Shown piece by piece: positions 1 to 8,863 of a stretch of 36,070 bases of DNA. Source of the stretch: a bacterium (GTDB lineage Bacteria > Zhuqueibacterota > Zhuqueibacteria > Oceanimicrobiales > Oceanimicrobiaceae); the NCBI GenBank assembly GCA_046757525.1, contig JBHHYI010000023.1:1-36070 (forward strand). The letters run 5' to 3'. A program made the translations under genes and the position numbers. Numbering within the stretch: position 1 is the stretch's first letter; every line of letters starts with the position of its first letter. Below the pieces are notes generated by a model that had not been told where the DNA came from, did no database searches, and worked only from the letters and a program-made list of their open reading frames with translations.

Positions 1-43
1 CCTGACAAGTCAACTTCCGTCAGTTTTTAGCAAAATATTTTTT

Positions 44-272
44 GACAGGATTTACAAGATAAACAGGATTTTGTAATACTACCGCATCAAATTCCTTCGT
101 GTCCTTCGCGGTAAAAATAAGTTTTTGAGACACGTGTCTGTTAGTTTACTGATACGATAGTTTGTTTGCTGCGGCCTTGCCGCGTTAGGCATTAATCCGC
201 TTAAAAAACTAATCCTGAAAATCCTGTTAATCCGGTCTAAGAATTCTTTGGTTCCGGCTTCGCCGGATTAGG
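44..272. repeat. Composite miniature element with 9-bp periodic inverted arms and hairpin+TAGG ends
   Basis: GACAGGATT-TACAAGATA-AACAGGATT (44-70) is mirrored by AATCCTGAA-AATCCTGTT-AATCCGGTC (211-237). Hairpin ends GCGGCCTTGCCGCGTTAGG (171-189) and CCGGCTTCGCCGGATTAGG (254-272). Confidence 0.65.
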
Positions 273-651
273 TCACTATGAAATGCGGGTAAGCAAAAAT
301 CAGTTTGTAAATGAAGCCAATGATGATCCCGAAGAGCCCAAAGGAGAGAATCCCCACGCCGAGCAGTTTTGCAATCGAGAATCGCCATTGGCGATGGCAC
401 CAAAAGACTGTCAGTGTTTGGCCAGAAACGATCAACAGCACCGGCAAGGCAATAAAGAAAAAGTTGCTCCCGAGACACCAGGGACAGTGAGGAACTCCGC
501 TGACATGAATGTTGCAACGGTCTGCCGCCCCGGACCAAAGAAAGGTGCAGCCGCACTTGAACAGCCAGCCACAGAACGGCGTGACGAAAACGACGGTAAA
601 TATGGCGCTCAGGCTGCTAACAACCGCTATTTTGTTGTTGAAAATACGAAT
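268..651 (-). CDS. Cys/His-rich membrane protein, about 127 aa, absent from the ORF track; start non-canonical (ATT?)
   Basis: Manual translation of the minus frame gives IAVVSSLSAIFTVVFVTPFCGWLFKCGCTFLWSGAADRCNIHVSGVPHCPWCLGSNFFFIALPVLLIV...GILSFGLFGIIIGFIYKLIFAYPHFIVT*. It has three hydrophobic segments and a clustered C/H motif, and is open from 654 to the TAA at 270-268. Confidence 0.7.
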   Translation of the reverse strand: MRIFNNKIAVVSSLSAIFTVVFVTPFCGWLFKCGCTFLWSGAADRCNIHVSGVPHCPWCLGSNFFFIALPVLLIVSGQTLTVFWCHRQWRFSIAKLLGVGILSFGLFGIIIGFIYKLIFAYPHFIVT

Positions 652-654
652 GGG

Positions 655-1539
655 TTACTTTCTTACTTTTGATTCAAAGTTCTCGTCATAGTGCTTTACC
701 AGGGCATGCGAGCCCAACTCGCCAAGGCCTTGCTCCAGGGCTTCCTTGAATAACCGGTAGGCCAACTCCGTACCGCGGAATTGGTCGCCAAATGTGCGGG
801 CGGTTTCTTCGGCAATACGCAAATCTTTCTGCTGCATGCTCAGTTTGAACCCGGGCGCGAAGTCGCCTTGCAAGACACGTGGACCGTAGTTGTCCAATGC
901 CCAGGAACCGGCCGCCCCCGAAGACACCACTTTGTGCATGACCTCCAAATCGAGACCGACTTTTTCCGCCAGAACAAACGCTTCGGACAGGGCCACAGCA
1001 TGAAGTCCACAGAGTATTTGGTTGATCATCTTAACCCGCTGGCCGTCGCCGTGGCCGCCGCACCAAACGATGTGTTTGCCCATAGCCTTAAAAACAGGCA
1101 GGCACTTTTCGAAGATATCCTTTTTGCCTCCAACCATGATGGTTAACGTGCCATTTTTGGCGCCAGTGTCGCCGCCAGAAACCGGGGCGTCCAACATGTC
1201 GCAACCCTTGGCTTGCAGCCGCTGAGCAAATTCTTCCGTAGATTCCGGGCTGATGGTGCTCATGTCGACCAGGATTTTACCGGCGCTAAGTTCGCCGACC
1301 AAGCCCCGGGCGCCGAATACCACCTCCTCAACATCAGGGGTATCGGTTACCATTGTCACAATCACCTCTGATCGTTCGGCCACCTGCGGCAGGGACGCTG
1401 CAACCCTGGCACCCGCATCCCGTAGCGGTTCTGTTTTCGCTTGGGTGCGATTCCAAACAGTCAGGTCAAATCCTGCTTGCAAAAGGTTCAAGGACATGGA
1501 CTTGCCCATGATACCGAGACCAACGAATCCTATCTTCAC
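655..1539 (-). CDS. NAD(P)-dependent beta-hydroxyacid dehydrogenase (2-hydroxy-3-oxopropionate reductase / 3-hydroxyisobutyrate dehydrogenase family)
   Basis: GFVGLGIMG Rossmann motif, DAPVSGG, catalytic Lys in GQRVKMINQ, F-x5-KDL motif. Confidence 0.93.
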   Translation of the reverse strand: MKIGFVGLGIMGKSMSLNLLQAGFDLTVWNRTQAKTEPLRDAGARVAASLPQVAERSEVIVTMVTDTPDVEEVVFGARGLVGELSAGKILVDMSTISPESTEEFAQRLQAKGCDMLDAPVSGGDTGAKNGTLTIMVGGKKDIFEKCLPVFKAMGKHIVWCGGHGDGQRVKMINQILCGLHAVALSEAFVLAEKVGLDLEVMHKVVSSGAAGSWALDNYGPRVLQGDFAPGFKLSMQQKDLRIAEETARTFGDQFRGTELAYRLFKEALEQGLGELGSHALVKHYDENFESKVRK

Positions 1540-1743
1540 TTAAATCCTTTCCGTGGCGAATCTCCGCAGCCGAGGCGTTAAGGCGCCATCTAACGGCCTG
1601 CGGGAGCCGCACGAGGGTTTCACAGCACCTAAGTCGCTAAATAAAAATAACCTTGGAGAGAGCATTGAGCCGTCCCGACCAACAATTGCTCTCGTGTCAT
1701 GCGGAAACATGCTAAGTGTCCGCATACGAAGTTCTCTTCAATT

Positions 1744-2214
1744 TTAAAAATTAATCTGTAATAATTTCTTGATGGCAGTTTCATAGTTTACGACATCCTC
1801 AAATCTAGTTTCTTCTGTGACGTTGTGCAACCAGATTAAATTGTCCGAAGCTTTTTTCAAGCTTTTGTCGTCTGGCAAGAAAAAGATATTTCTAAAAAAC
1901 GCAAAGAAAAGTATTAACCTTGTTTGAGCCCGTAACTGGGAGGCTAAGACTAGCAGCTCTTTTCTCATCTCAGATGTTTTTTCTTTTTCTTCCCGGTTTT
2001 CATCCTCAGGCAGTGAACCTTCTGCCAAGATTGATGCTAAGTTTGTAGGATTATAGACAAGTCCATAGTAGTTTAATGAGAAAGCCACTCTGGCTATTAT
2101 TCTTTTTAATTCAAGTACTGGCTCTAATATTAACTTCAAAAAGTACTGAGAAACTATAAAGACTAAAACACCTGCTATTACCGTCTTTTCCATATTGAAA
2201 ATGACTTTGAACAC
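1744..2214 (-). CDS. AT-rich hypothetical protein with an N-terminal hydrophobic segment
   Basis: 156-aa ORF with lower GC than its neighbours and an IAGVLVFIVSQYFLKLIL helix. Confidence 0.7.
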   Translation of the reverse strand: MFKVIFNMEKTVIAGVLVFIVSQYFLKLILEPVLELKRIIARVAFSLNYYGLVYNPTNLASILAEGSLPEDENREEKEKTSEMRKELLVLASQLRAQTRLILFFAFFRNIFFLPDDKSLKKASDNLIWLHNVTEETRFEDVVNYETAIKKLLQINF

Positions 2215-2225
2215 TAATGGAAATC

Positions 2226-2544
2226 CTAGCGTCGTTTGTTTTCCTTGAGTGCCAATACGACACCCGCTGTTGCAACGAGCAAGACTATTATTGGGACCGC
2301 AAATCCTGAAGCGTCAATATTTGATCTGCACCACCTTACATATTCTTTTGATGACGGACTTGACGAATCCATTCTTATTCTGTACACCCTCTCTGGTGTT
2401 GGTGGGACAAAAAGTGATTAATCGCCCAAAAACGTCGGTAGTAACGCGAACCTCAGGCATATTCTCCACATAAGTTGAAAACAAGTCCATGATCTGAACG
2501 AGGGCCGAAGTTGTTACTAAGGCTATTTTCTGTTTCTGCTTCAT
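2226..2544 (-). pseudogene. Degraded small two-TM membrane protein
   Basis: N-terminus MKQKQKIALVTTSALVQIMDLF lies in one frame. The C-terminus ...GD*SLFVPPTPE...NIDASGFAVPIIVLLVATAGVVLALKENKRR* lies in another frame with an internal stop. Confidence 0.5.
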
Positions 2545-2627
2545 ACATTTAGACTTTTTCAAACGTCGCACAGCGCGAAAATCACGCACCTTCGGCGCAA
2601 CGTAAATGTTAGCAGTTTTTTTGTTCT

Positions 2628-2933
2628 ACCACGAAGGGCACGAAGTACACGAAGATTTAAAGTATCCCGACACGTACACGTTGGGATTTAATGCAATCGT
2701 CTTTATCCCCTAAACTGTCATTTCGAGTCAGGCGGCTGCCTGACGAGAAATCTGGTTTGTGCCTAAATCAGACCCCTCGACTACGTCCGGCAACTGCCGG
2801 ACTCCGCTCGGGGTGACAATATGGTGGTTAGACGCCCCTTAAGTTGACGCCCATGGGCGGTTGCTGGACATATCCAATCACTCGATTTGACAATTCATCA
2901 AATCAGCTTCGTGCCCTTCGTGTACTTCGTGGT
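2628..2933. repeat. 9-bp periodic inverted-arm element containing a nested TGTCA...TGACA REP-like palindrome
   Basis: ACCACGAAG-GGCACGAAG-TACACGAAG (2628-2654) versus CTTCGTGCC-CTTCGTGTA-CTTCGTGGT (2907-2933). Nested TGTCATTTCGAG...CTCGGGGTGACA (2716-2818) with internal hairpins. Confidence 0.75.
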
Positions 2934-3096
2934 TTAATTCTTTTAAACATCTTCTTGATTATGAGCACCTTTCTTTCTACTGCTGTCGCAACGATACGAG
3001 AAGCGGAAAATGGCTGCAAGAATATTTGGGTATTTGATTTAGTCCTCTTTTTGTCATACGCCTTCCGTCCTGGCGGTTTCTAAACGGCTCAGGTCA

Positions 3097-3133
3097 AGCA
3101 TTACAGTATATTAATGCTGGTCGAAATAATCAA
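3097..3133 (-). promoter_or_regulatory. Putative sigma70 promoter overlapped by a palindromic operator
   Basis: Minus strand TTGATT-N17-TATACT (3133-3105). The palindrome AGCATTA-N8-TAATGCT (3097-3118) straddles the -10 box. Confidence 0.45.
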
Positions 3134-3148
3134 CCAATTTTTGACAAT

Positions 3149-3180
3149 AAAAAAAGGCCCGAATAGTTATCCGGGCCTTT
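3149..3180 (-). terminator. Rho-independent terminator
   Basis: AAAGGCCCG/CGGGCCTTT stem with a T7 tail on the minus strand, just downstream of 3219..3626. Confidence 0.75.
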
Positions 3181-3218
3181 ATAGGAGGTTACCATGAAAT
3201 TTGAGTTAATCTATAATG

Positions 3219-3626
3219 TTAGCCACCCATTTTGTACTTGTCAGCGGACAAGAAGTAAAATTGAAACTTGTACTTTTTTGACACTGGAGCCACAATTTCA
3301 TAACAATGATGGGCTGGATCACTGGGACTGGTGTCGTACTTGAACAGTTTGGAGAAAGGCACTTGGTTCGAGTTTGAGTTCTTTTCGGTTTTCTTCACTC
3401 TTAGTTTTGTGGCTGAAAAATCAAGAGAAAGCAGTGGCACCAAGGCCTGGTCTGCAGCTTCTGCTTTGGGCGCGTCTAAATCGACTTGCTCGGCACTTGA
3501 AAAACCTTCGTTCTGTGCCTCAGAGTCTTCGCTTCCTGGAGAAGAGGGTTGAGAAAAAACCATGTGACCCGAAAAGATTACGGCTACGAAAATAGCCAAC
3601 ATCGAAATTCTGTCAGGGATTCTCAT
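3219..3626 (-). CDS. Secreted hypothetical protein
   Basis: 135 aa, signal-peptide-like N-terminus, purine-rich RBS upstream, terminator downstream. Confidence 0.65.
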   Translation of the reverse strand: MRIPDRISMLAIFVAVIFSGHMVFSQPSSPGSEDSEAQNEGFSSAEQVDLDAPKAEAADQALVPLLSLDFSATKLRVKKTEKNSNSNQVPFSKLFKYDTSPSDPAHHCYEIVAPVSKKYKFQFYFLSADKYKMGG

Positions 3627-3885
3627 TTTCTTTACCCCTTTGAGTTAAATTCGAGTACATCTCAACTTCATAGTTGTTAACAGTGAAGAGGTAAAATATA
3701 TTCCGGAATATTCGAAGTTTCCCAGACGCTCAAAATTCCCGGACAGAAATCGCAGGTCAAACCGCACACCGTTCAACTTCGAGACTCATCGAAAGGCCGC
3801 TTAGTTGACCAGCACAAAAGCCTCGAAACCAATCTCCAGGCTCTGCTTCTCGTTTAAGACGGTGTGACGATGGTTTCGAGCAACC

Positions 3886-4740
3886 CTACTTGACCAGGGT
3901 GATGGTTGAATTCAGCGATTGCGTGATTGGAATGGTCAGGTTCTGCTGGCCGGTAATCGCTGCAGTCATTTCCAGGTCTGCCTGATTTTCCGCTGCCACC
4001 AGCAAGCCTTTGCCAGGCTCGAAAAACAACGTTCCTTCGATGTCGCCATCCCCTTCCAGGGCAAAATCAAAGCCCTGAAACTTGCCGTCACCTTCGAGAC
4101 TGATGGTTCCTTTAAAAGCAATCTTCAAACAATTGTAACCGGACTTGGGTTCTGGCCCGACCAGGGTGTATTCAACATCAGACCTGGAAACGGTGGAACC
4201 CCCAAACAAATAAGTTGTGTCAACGTCGCTGGAGTTCACCGGCTCTCCGATTCTCAATTCACTGTTGGGCAGATTGGGAAGGAACTCTCCACTGTTGTTT
4301 AAAGCCTGGGCAAAGATGGGGTTTACCTTGACGGTGTCGATTTGGATGGATTTAACCTGGTCACCGGTAGCGGTGATGACCTTTCTGGTCCTTTTGCCAA
4401 TCAAGGCCGCAGGATCTTGCAACACAGTGTCGATGCGCATTGATTTCAAGTTCAGCTTGAAATTTTCATAGAACATAGTAAAAACCAAATTCCCGGCCTT
4501 GCTTGGCCCCTCCGATTGCAGCTTCAGTCTGGCCTCTGTTTTGCTCTCGGAGGTAACTTCTGTGCCCATCATTTCCTGAGTAACTTCTCTTACTTCGGAG
4601 ACGGCATACTCAAAGGTTTGTCCTTTTTCCATTTTGTATTTCAACCGGTACGAATCTTTACCACCAGCAACAGCAGCCTTCAGGTGAACGAGACAAACAC
4701 TCAACACCAGTACGGCCAGTCCCATTCTTAGAGGTTTCAT
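3886..4740 (-). CDS. Secreted beta-rich hypothetical protein (DUF6263-like)
   Basis: Start moved to MKPLRMG behind the AAGGAG RBS. Signal peptide, YRLKYKMEKGQTFEY and alternating beta-strand patterns. Confidence 0.75.
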   Translation of the reverse strand: MKPLRMGLAVLVLSVCLVHLKAAVAGGKDSYRLKYKMEKGQTFEYAVSEVREVTQEMMGTEVTSESKTEARLKLQSEGPSKAGNLVFTMFYENFKLNLKSMRIDTVLQDPAALIGKRTRKVITATGDQVKSIQIDTVKVNPIFAQALNNSGEFLPNLPNSELRIGEPVNSSDVDTTYLFGGSTVSRSDVEYTLVGPEPKSGYNCLKIAFKGTISLEGDGKFQGFDFALEGDGDIEGTLFFEPGKGLLVAAENQADLEMTAAITGQQNLTIPITQSLNSTITLVK

Positions 4741-4786
4741 GCTTTCTCCTTGTTTTGTTGTTGTGAAGTCCCGCTGCGGGGAACAC

Positions 4787-6358
4787 TCAGGGTTGCTCGA
4801 CATAATGCAGTATTTCGTCGGTATTTGCGGCACGCCAGGCGGTGCGAAAAACCAGCCTGGCAATCATGGCTATTTTGCCTGCGTTTATTTTGTCAGGATT
4901 GTCCGTGACTTTGTGGTAATCTTCGTGGTCACCGGTGTTGTAAAACAGCACCGGGATGCCGTGGCGAGCAAAGTTGAATTGATCGCTGCGTGTGAAATAT
5001 CGTTCGCCGTTATACTCCAGCTTCAAACCAATGAACTTGTCTTCCTCTATGTTGATTTCGTTCAACTCAGGACTGTGGGAATAGCCGATGATAGAAACGC
5101 GGTCCCCTTCATTGCGGCCGATCATATCCATGTTCAGCATCGCTTTGGTTTTTTCCAGCGGCCAGAGCGGTTGTTCAATGTAGGCACGCGAACCCAACAA
5201 CCCTTTCTCCTCACCGGCAAACGCGACGAAAAGAATACTCCTTTTAGGTCGAAGTGAAAATGTGAACGCCTGCGCGATCTCCAGAAGACCGGTGGTCCCG
5301 GAAGCGTTGTCGTCGGCCCCGTTGAAAATGTAGTCTTCACCAGGTTTTACCGGACCTTTCTTGTAGCCTATGTGATCATAATGGGCGCCAATGACGATCG
5401 CTTCGTTCTTGAGTACCGGGTCAGACCCTTCCCACAGGCCAACCACATTCCTGGCGGACTTAAGGTCAGCCACCGTAGAAGTCTCCAGGGAAACTCTGAC
5501 ATTGGCGATTTCAAATGACTGGGGTTCTAACGTTGTGTCGATCCGCTGCTGGAGAGAGCGCAAACTGTCTACGCTGCCAAAGATTTGCGCAATGAAGCGC
5601 TTACCCACATGAACGGCCGGGATCCCTCCTTCTTCGTTGAGCGACAGAGTTAATGGTAAAGCGTTGTCGGGAATGTTCTTGTACAATGACGGCCAGGGAA
5701 AACCTCGGGCCCGGATCGAGCGGTGGTTCACAGGGTCCGTTACGATCAGAATGGCGCTCGCTCCATGCGCCACGGCATTCTTGAACTTACTCTGAAACAA
5801 TGAATGACGCGTCAACTGAAGGCCCTCGAATTTGCTGGAGGGGTCCTTTTCCCCGGGCTCATGCCGCAAGGCCAAAACGACCTTGCCGTGCACATCGAGA
5901 TTGCGGTAGTCGTCGTAATCATATTCTGGTGCAGTTATGCCGTAACCCGCAAAAACGAGTTCCCCCCGGGCCCGGGCAGTCGCTGTAAAGTCGAAGGGGA
6001 TGAAATCGTGTTTGAGCTGGAACGCTTTCTCAACGCCACCGGGCAGGGTCAACCGCAGAGAATTCTTTTCCCCCAGGTGGGTCCGTTTCAAATGAAATTC
6101 CTGAAAGTAGCTGCCGTTCAATGGCTGAATCCCATATTTCTGGAATTCGTCGGCAATATACTCCCCGGCGATTTCCAGGCCGGGGCTTGGGGTGTTTCGA
6201 CCCATCAACGAGTCGGAAGCCAAAAAGTCGATGTGTCGCCGCACGTCCTCCGCACGGATCGATTCCAATGCATCGGGACTCGGACGGGTAACAAATGCAT
6301 AAGCGCTTAGGGAAGAAACAATGGTCAAAAGAATTAACTTGAAACTTGTCTTGTTCAT
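4787..6358 (-). CDS. M28 family aminopeptidase with PA domain
   Basis: Signal peptide; GAHYDH, NGADDNASG, AGEEKGLLGS, NMDMIGR, DYHKVTD motifs; PA domain FAGYGITAPEYDYDDY. Confidence 0.95.
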   Translation of the reverse strand: MNKTSFKLILLTIVSSLSAYAFVTRPSPDALESIRAEDVRRHIDFLASDSLMGRNTPSPGLEIAGEYIADEFQKYGIQPLNGSYFQEFHLKRTHLGEKNSLRLTLPGGVEKAFQLKHDFIPFDFTATARARGELVFAGYGITAPEYDYDDYRNLDVHGKVVLALRHEPGEKDPSSKFEGLQLTRHSLFQSKFKNAVAHGASAILIVTDPVNHRSIRARGFPWPSLYKNIPDNALPLTLSLNEEGGIPAVHVGKRFIAQIFGSVDSLRSLQQRIDTTLEPQSFEIANVRVSLETSTVADLKSARNVVGLWEGSDPVLKNEAIVIGAHYDHIGYKKGPVKPGEDYIFNGADDNASGTTGLLEIAQAFTFSLRPKRSILFVAFAGEEKGLLGSRAYIEQPLWPLEKTKAMLNMDMIGRNEGDRVSIIGYSHSPELNEINIEEDKFIGLKLEYNGERYFTRSDQFNFARHGIPVLFYNTGDHEDYHKVTDNPDKINAGKIAMIARLVFRTAWRAANTDEILHYVEQP

Positions 6359-6485
6359 AATACCTCAGATGAAATCTCGGTCCGGATTGTTTTGAAATAA
6401 TAGGTAAGCAATTGAGAGAAGCGTATTGCTTACAAATAAAACGACAAACGAAAAGACGGGCTCTCGTCGAAATTGTTGCAAAAAA

Positions 6486-7730
6486 TTATGATACAGACTC
6501 TTCCTTTGCTTTTCGCTCCGCTTTCTTTTTTGCTTTGGTCAGGGCAGTTATGCCGGGCAAATCAATTCCGGCCAGGAATTCCAACGACGCTCCGCCGCCT
6601 GTGGACACGTGCGAGATGCGGTCCTTGACCCCGGCTTTTTCAGCGGCCGCAATTGAATCACCGCCCCCAATCACCGTAAAAGCGCCACGATCCGTTGCCT
6701 CTGCAACCGCGTTGGCCACTTCAAGGGTCCCTTTGGCGAAATCGTCTTGTTCGAAGATGCCCATAGGTCCATTCCAGAAAACGGTTTTTGCCTTCAAAAT
6801 CATTCCCTTGAAATACGACGCCGTCTTAGGCCCGATGTCCACGCCCTTCCAGCCGTTTGGGATCTCTGCGCCGTCATGAACTTTGTGATCCGAATCGCTG
6901 CTTGTATTGGCGATGACGTGATCTATTGGCAGGACGCATTCCAGACGTTTGTAGGGATGCGGATTCTGAATCACCTTCAAAGTGTTATAGGCCACAGCGA
7001 CTCTTTCTTCCTCCAACAGCGAATCCCCGATGGCGATCTCTTTGGCCTTGAGAAAGGTATAGGCCATGCCGCCGCCGATCAACAAGGCGCTCACCCGGGT
7101 CACCAGGTTGTGAATAACTTTGATCTTGTCCGAGACTTTGGCCCCACCTAAAATGACCACATAAGGCTTTTGCGGGGCTTCCAGGAGTTTGCTGAGATTC
7201 TCGACTTCTGTTTGCATCAAATACCCGGCGGCCGCTTCCTTGACGAGCCTGGCAACTCCAACGGTGGAGGCATGGGCACGGTGGGCAGAGCCAAACGCAT
7301 CGTCGACGTAAACATCCGCCAGGCTGGCCATCTGTCTGGAAAACTCCGGATCGTTGGCGGTTTCCTCTTTATGAAAACGGGTGTTCTCCAGGAGCAAGAC
7401 CTCCCCCTCTTTGAGCGCCTCGACCATCCGTTCCACCTCTTCGCCCACACAGTCCGGCGCCATTTTAACTTCCTTGCCTAAGACTTCTGAAAGACGACCG
7501 GCTACCGGTTTCAGGCTAAACGCAGCCTGGACCTCTCCCTTTGGACGCCCCAGATGGGACATCAAGATCAGCTTCCCCCCGGCACCGATGATCTTGTTGA
7601 TCGTAGGTAACGCCGCCTTAATGCGGGTGTCATCCGTAACCGCTTCACCGGCAATCGGCACGTTAAAATCAACTCTGGTCAATACTCTTTTTCCCTGCAA
7701 TTCTACGTCATCAATCAAAAGTCTGTCCAT
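6486..7730 (-). CDS. pgk: Phosphoglycerate kinase
   Basis: RVDFNVP, SHLGRPKG, LLENTRF, DAFGSAHRAHAS, GGAKVSDKI, WNGPMG, GGGDS, HVSTGGGASLEFL. Confidence 0.99.
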   Translation of the reverse strand: MDRLLIDDVELQGKRVLTRVDFNVPIAGEAVTDDTRIKAALPTINKIIGAGGKLILMSHLGRPKGEVQAAFSLKPVAGRLSEVLGKEVKMAPDCVGEEVERMVEALKEGEVLLLENTRFHKEETANDPEFSRQMASLADVYVDDAFGSAHRAHASTVGVARLVKEAAAGYLMQTEVENLSKLLEAPQKPYVVILGGAKVSDKIKVIHNLVTRVSALLIGGGMAYTFLKAKEIAIGDSLLEEERVAVAYNTLKVIQNPHPYKRLECVLPIDHVIANTSSDSDHKVHDGAEIPNGWKGVDIGPKTASYFKGMILKAKTVFWNGPMGIFEQDDFAKGTLEVANAVAEATDRGAFTVIGGGDSIAAAEKAGVKDRISHVSTGGGASLEFLAGIDLPGITALTKAKKKAERKAKEESVS

Positions 7731-8051
7731 TGCTCCTCCTGCAAATCCATGATTAACCTAAACAGTAATTTAAGCGCTTCGACCCGCTGCCCTTTTGGTT
7801 AAGATGCCTTAAAAATAACTTTTTTTGCAACAAAGTCAAGGCTTAAACTACGGTAGAAAAAAAATAAGATGAGCTGGTCAGGATTGCTGACCTGGGAAAA
7901 TCGATTGAAGTTTAAAGCAAGCGAAGGGGTGATGAGGACAAATGAGGCAAGCCCTTCACAGCAAGCAGGGGATTCTCGCGCGGTACTTACCGGTCAAGAT
8001 TTGGCGGTCCATTGCTCCCTTGCCCACACGGCTCAACCAGGAACCGTTGTC

Positions 8052-8405
8052 TTAGAGGTGCAAATACTTGGAAAGCCGGTTCGTGCCCTTCCGGTTCAAA
8101 TCCGTAAGTTCCAGGACGCACAAACAGTCGTCGCTGGACAAAGTCGGCTTAACTCTCACCAGGACTGAGGTCGCATCCACAGACCTGCCGTTGGGCAGCT
8201 TGATCTCAACTTTGGGCGTAAACCGTTTGACCGTTCTGGCAATCTTTTTCCAGTGACTGACAAAAGCCACCCCACCTAAACTCAAATTGATGATCTGCCC
8301 TTCCAGGGGTTTGCCTTTGACGCCAAAAACTTTGATTTTCCAATCACAGTTTTCGGACGTGTCGATGCGCGGGAATTTTCTTTTTTCAAACCAGGATGTT
8401 TGCAT
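8052..8405 (-). CDS. PilZ domain protein (putative c-di-GMP receptor)
   Basis: EKRKFPR (RxxxR) and NLSLGG (D/NxSxxG) motifs. Confidence 0.88.
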   Translation of the reverse strand: MQTSWFEKRKFPRIDTSENCDWKIKVFGVKGKPLEGQIINLSLGGVAFVSHWKKIARTVKRFTPKVEIKLPNGRSVDATSVLVRVKPTLSSDDCLCVLELTDLNRKGTNRLSKYLHL

Positions 8406-8422
8406 ATCAACGAAAAAGGATT

Positions 8423-8554
8423 TTATTCACTTTTGTCTTTTCCCTCAGGTTTATTTTCTGAGAAAGGCGTGCTCTTTTGGTCTTTCAATTTTTGAAACGC
8501 TTCTCTTAACTTCTTGCGAGTTTCCGCGCTTGCAACTGGTTTCTTGTTCGGCAT
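8423..8554 (-). CDS. Small charged hypothetical protein (43 aa)
   Basis: MPNKKPVASAETRKKLREAFQKLK..., directly upstream of PilZ. The AAGGAG upstream has long spacing. Confidence 0.35.
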   Translation of the reverse strand: MPNKKPVASAETRKKLREAFQKLKDQKSTPFSENKPEGKDKSE

Positions 8555-8687
8555 TTCCGGTTTAATACTCCTTGAACTATCTATTTTAATAAATTGTAAC
8601 AAAACAAGCAAGCAAAAAATGGGATATTTCTGTTATTTTTTCAAGAAACGCAAAACACCAACGTATTAGTTTTGAATTTCACGAAAT

Positions 8688-8723
8688 AAGAAAAGCCGTC
8701 CAACCTTCTCGGTTGACGGCTTT
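8688..8723 (-). terminator. Rho-independent terminator
   Basis: Minus strand AAAGCCGTCAACC-GAGAA-GGTTGGACGGCTTTTCTT, downstream of the M56 gene. Confidence 0.7.
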
Positions 8724-8863
8724 ACCCACTGTTTATGCTCTGCGATTCAAAGCTTCGATTCTCTCCGACTTCACTGGCCCAACATTAATAATGAAAGGTG
8801 AGCTTATTACTGCTGTCAAGCATTCTGACTGCCACAAGATCGCCTTTTCCGTTGAGAGCAAGC

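Noticed and set aside
283..672. 129-aa plus-strand ORF and the 227..556 minus ORF
   Set aside because: Antisense and alternate-frame shadows of the hydrophobic Cys-rich minus-strand ORF at 268-654; no recognisable motifs.
44..2933. Short periodic repeats as a CRISPR array
   Set aside because: Units are 9 bp, inverted and lack spacers; no cas genes in the window.
3700..3885. Riboswitch/ncRNA in this intergenic region (also considered for 13030-13300)
   Set aside because: Only a CTCGAAACCA/TGGTTTCGAG inverted repeat is evident; no family consensus recognised without an Rfam search.
8730..8860. Remnant of a second TonB domain (LNGKGDLVAVRMLDSS)
   Set aside because: Too short and weak to distinguish from chance.
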